DNA of 63,980 nucleotides, filler included, from Dimargaris cristalligena (Eukaryota), in NCBI GenBank assembly GCA_003614675.1. It is 4 parts of 4 records of this genome, joined end to end, with 100 filler letters (N's around TTAATTAATTAA, not from the genome) between each part and the next. Parts side by side here need not be neighbours in the genome. Positions count along the whole stretch, not along the records: positions 48,649 to 63,980 come from ML002895.1; 3 more parts are not named here. One strand, written 5' to 3'. Below, one piece after another: positions 61,434-63,980 of the stretch. Position numbers and translations under genes: made by a program. Positions within the stretch are counted from its first letter, which is position 1, and each line of letters opens with the position of its first letter. The notes beneath the pieces were generated by a model, which had not been told where the DNA came from, searched no databases, and saw only the letters and a list, made by a program, of their open reading frames with translations.

Positions 61434-62674
61434 ACGTAGATATTCAAATACGTCTCTATCAACCTACATAGTACACTTTATATCTATCTATATAGATATA
61501 AAGTAGAGAAATAATGCCCACTCTCTCCCTGCTGTACCCATGATCTCCTCTGCCGCGGCCTACTTTTGTGTTATTTGTTCATTACTGATAATAAAATTAT
61601 GAAATCCAATTATTTACGTGCTCCCCTCTCTCCTTTTCTTCTCCTCCCAGTCTCTATTTCCCCATTAACAGCACCCACTTTGTTTTTTAACGCTGCATTT
61701 TATTACCACACTTGATTAGCTCATTGTCATCCAACTAGTCTAGTTTATTTATTTATACAATGTTAAATTTTTTAAATACTTTTTGTATCTTTTTCCATTC
61801 ACTCACACACACACACACACTCTCTCTCTATCTGAACTGTACACTATACTCAGTGACTTTTGTAACCGAGGTATTCAGATACAATATATCACCCCCGTTT
61901 GTCCCATCTATTAATTTAGTGGACATTTTGTTTTTCCTTGACTATCAAGATGAATTTGTCGCCTTGAATGCTAAATACTCGACTTGTGATTCCCATCGAA
62001 AATAATTAATGCCCATAACTTTAATGATAACCAAGCATATATTGTAATTGGCAAACGGATTTTTTCTAAAAAAATAATGCAAGATCTTTAAATGAATGAC
62101 TACGTCTACAATTCTTTTAATGCTATTTTTAATATATTTTTTTGGTACTGAAGTTCCTGTCTTTGCAAATGTATAAAATGTATTCAAAGGCAAAATTCGA
62201 GCCGCCTGGGCGTAGGCAAAGTACATTGGAAGGGTACACGTTAGAAGGTGCAAAAGATGAATAAATGGTTAGTCATAAGAGCAGCCTGATATACACCATA
62301 AAATGGGGCGAACAATGGTACCATATGATATTTATTAAATAAGTGAAGTGTCTAGTTGAATAATTATTTATTTAAACCTTGGCTTTATATGACCATTTTT
62401 GACTATGATTCGGAGCAATAGGATATCTAAATCTACTAAAACTGCCACTAAAAGAGTTTGGATACATAAAAAGATTGATTGTTGTCACTCGGGTTAACTA
62501 CTCTTAGTCCATTAAGAGTCCTAAGGATAAACTTCCAATGGAAGATAGGGCTTGGGCTCAGCTAAGCAGGTCTTAGTATTAGGTGAGGGAATGGTACTAA
62601 CTAATAAAGGCTACAAAATGCAGGTATAAGTAAGGGATGTGTAGTGAGTATACTTACTAGTTGATATAAAGGTG

Positions 62675-62752
62675 GTAAGTATATATTAAGTTTATTGGGA
62701 GTAAGTATATATTAAGTTTATTGGGAGTAAGTATATATCAAGTTCATTGGGA
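62675..62752. repeat. Tandem repeat, 3 x 26 bp
   Basis: gtaagtatatattaagtttattggga twice exactly. The third copy, gtaagtatatatcaagttcattggga, has two T/C differences. Confidence 0.92.
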
Positions 62753-63233
62753 TAGACTAAGGGATAAGAATAAGCTGAAGAATATAACCAGTCCCAATGG
62801 GCTGTCGCCCCTTCTAATCCATCCTAATCCAATACTATGATCACCATCATAACAGGCCATATAGCGCCATACTGAACCCCAGCCCTAATGAGGTCGGACA
62901 TCAAATATATCATCTTACCAGCTGGACCCCCCAGAGTTTGCACTACTCACTCTTAGGTGATCTTAGTGTCTTCCACTTCCCATGGAAGTCTCCACCCAGA
63001 TGAGGACCACCCGGCCCTCCTTATTGTTATCTCCATCATGTAGTTTTCCCCTTGGGACCTCCCCTTTGGAGTAGTCCCCCATATATATATAACCAGGATC
63101 CCATTGGGACCAGTTGACACATTAGCTTTTTCTTACCCCCTTAGTTTACCTCAATAAACACTATATGTGCTCACCCCCTCTGTATTAACCAGTAAGTGTG
63201 CATCAGTGTATGTCCCCCACATACATAGTCAAC

Positions 63234-63520
63234 ACTTACTTTATTTGGTTAGTACCCGCCCTACCTAATGCTAGTAGCCTGCTTGGCCATGTCCAACACC
63301 CCGCCTACTATTAGAAGCCTATCCCCGAGACTCTTGACAGACTAAGAGTGGTTAACTTGGGCAACATTACCAAATGTATTATTTATTTATTGCCCAGGTT
63401 ATCCACTCTTAATCTGTTAAGAGTCCCAGGGATAGGCTTCTAACAGTAGGTGGGGCTTTAGACTTGGCCAAGTGGGCTACTAGCTTTAGGTAAGGCACAG
63501 TATTAACTAAATAAAGTAAG
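63234..63520. mobile_element. Long imperfect inverted repeat (arms ~130 bp, ~25-bp AT spacer), foldback or MITE-like. A diverged third arm lies at ~62487-62610
   Basis: cttactttatttggttagtac pairs with gtattaactaaataaagtaag. ttagaagcctatcccc pairs with gggataggcttctaa. aagagtggttaacttgggcaa pairs with ttgcccaggttatccactctt. Mismatches are mostly transitions. Confidence 0.7.
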
Positions 63521-63980
63521 GGTGGGTAACTTATATAAGGGACGTATGTGTTGCCAATAATTTGAGGGACTCCACTGGCATGCCTTTGGGAGAGTTGGTA
63601 GGAGGGGGAACCTCCAGTTTCTTTCCACTAGATGACTCACCATATTTTGTCATGTAATGCAGAATGTTGGACTATGCTGGGTTTGGGGGGGTTGCAACTG
63701 AGGTGGCCTTAGGGAAGTTGCCACTAGGTTTCTGGCCATCCATTGCACTGTATGTTGTTATCTTGTATTGTTGGTTGTTAAAGAAAACATTATATTCAAA
63801 TGGTATAATCAACTTAGTACTCAGAGGTACTAAAACTTTGAACTGAATAAATAAAAATAAGTAAATTGGAGTAGTGGTAATAAAATAATTGGTAATAATA
63901 AAACTGGGTAAAAGGTTAATTGTCAGTATTGTCTGGTGAAGTTAAAACAGATATTTATTCATTTATCTCAAAACTAACTT

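Noticed and set aside
62675-62752. CRISPR-like array
   Set aside because: The repeats are directly adjacent with no spacers, the context is eukaryotic, and there are no cas genes.

Overview
Eukaryotic, intron-containing fungal DNA. The gene content (animal-like GDH, ACT-domain PAH, 7TM-RGS receptor, large intronless NRPS with epimerization domains) points to an early-diverging lineage. It resembles the zoopagomycete mycoparasite Dimargaris, but that is inference. Three artificial N44-TTAATTAATTAA-N44 linkers split the window into four segments, so adjacency across them is unverified. Genes: 5-exon mitochondrial glutamate dehydrogenase, EMC6, a 5-exon coiled-coil protein with an ICE1-like C-terminus, a >13.4 kb NRPS, a 7TM-RGS protein, two orphan secreted proteins, a Pro/Arg-rich orphan, CCDC6-like, phenylalanine hydroxylase and Hpc2/ubinuclein. 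Also present: a decayed DIRS-type tyrosine-recombinase retroelement, a partial PAH duplicate bounded by a 69-bp inverted repeat, and a foldback-like repeat. Most notable: the three NRPS ORFs are one continuous reading frame of about 4,470 codons, broken only by two in-frame TAA codons and carrying a motif-dead but still open A-T-C module. Exon boundaries were derived by hand from GT-AG sites and frame continuity.
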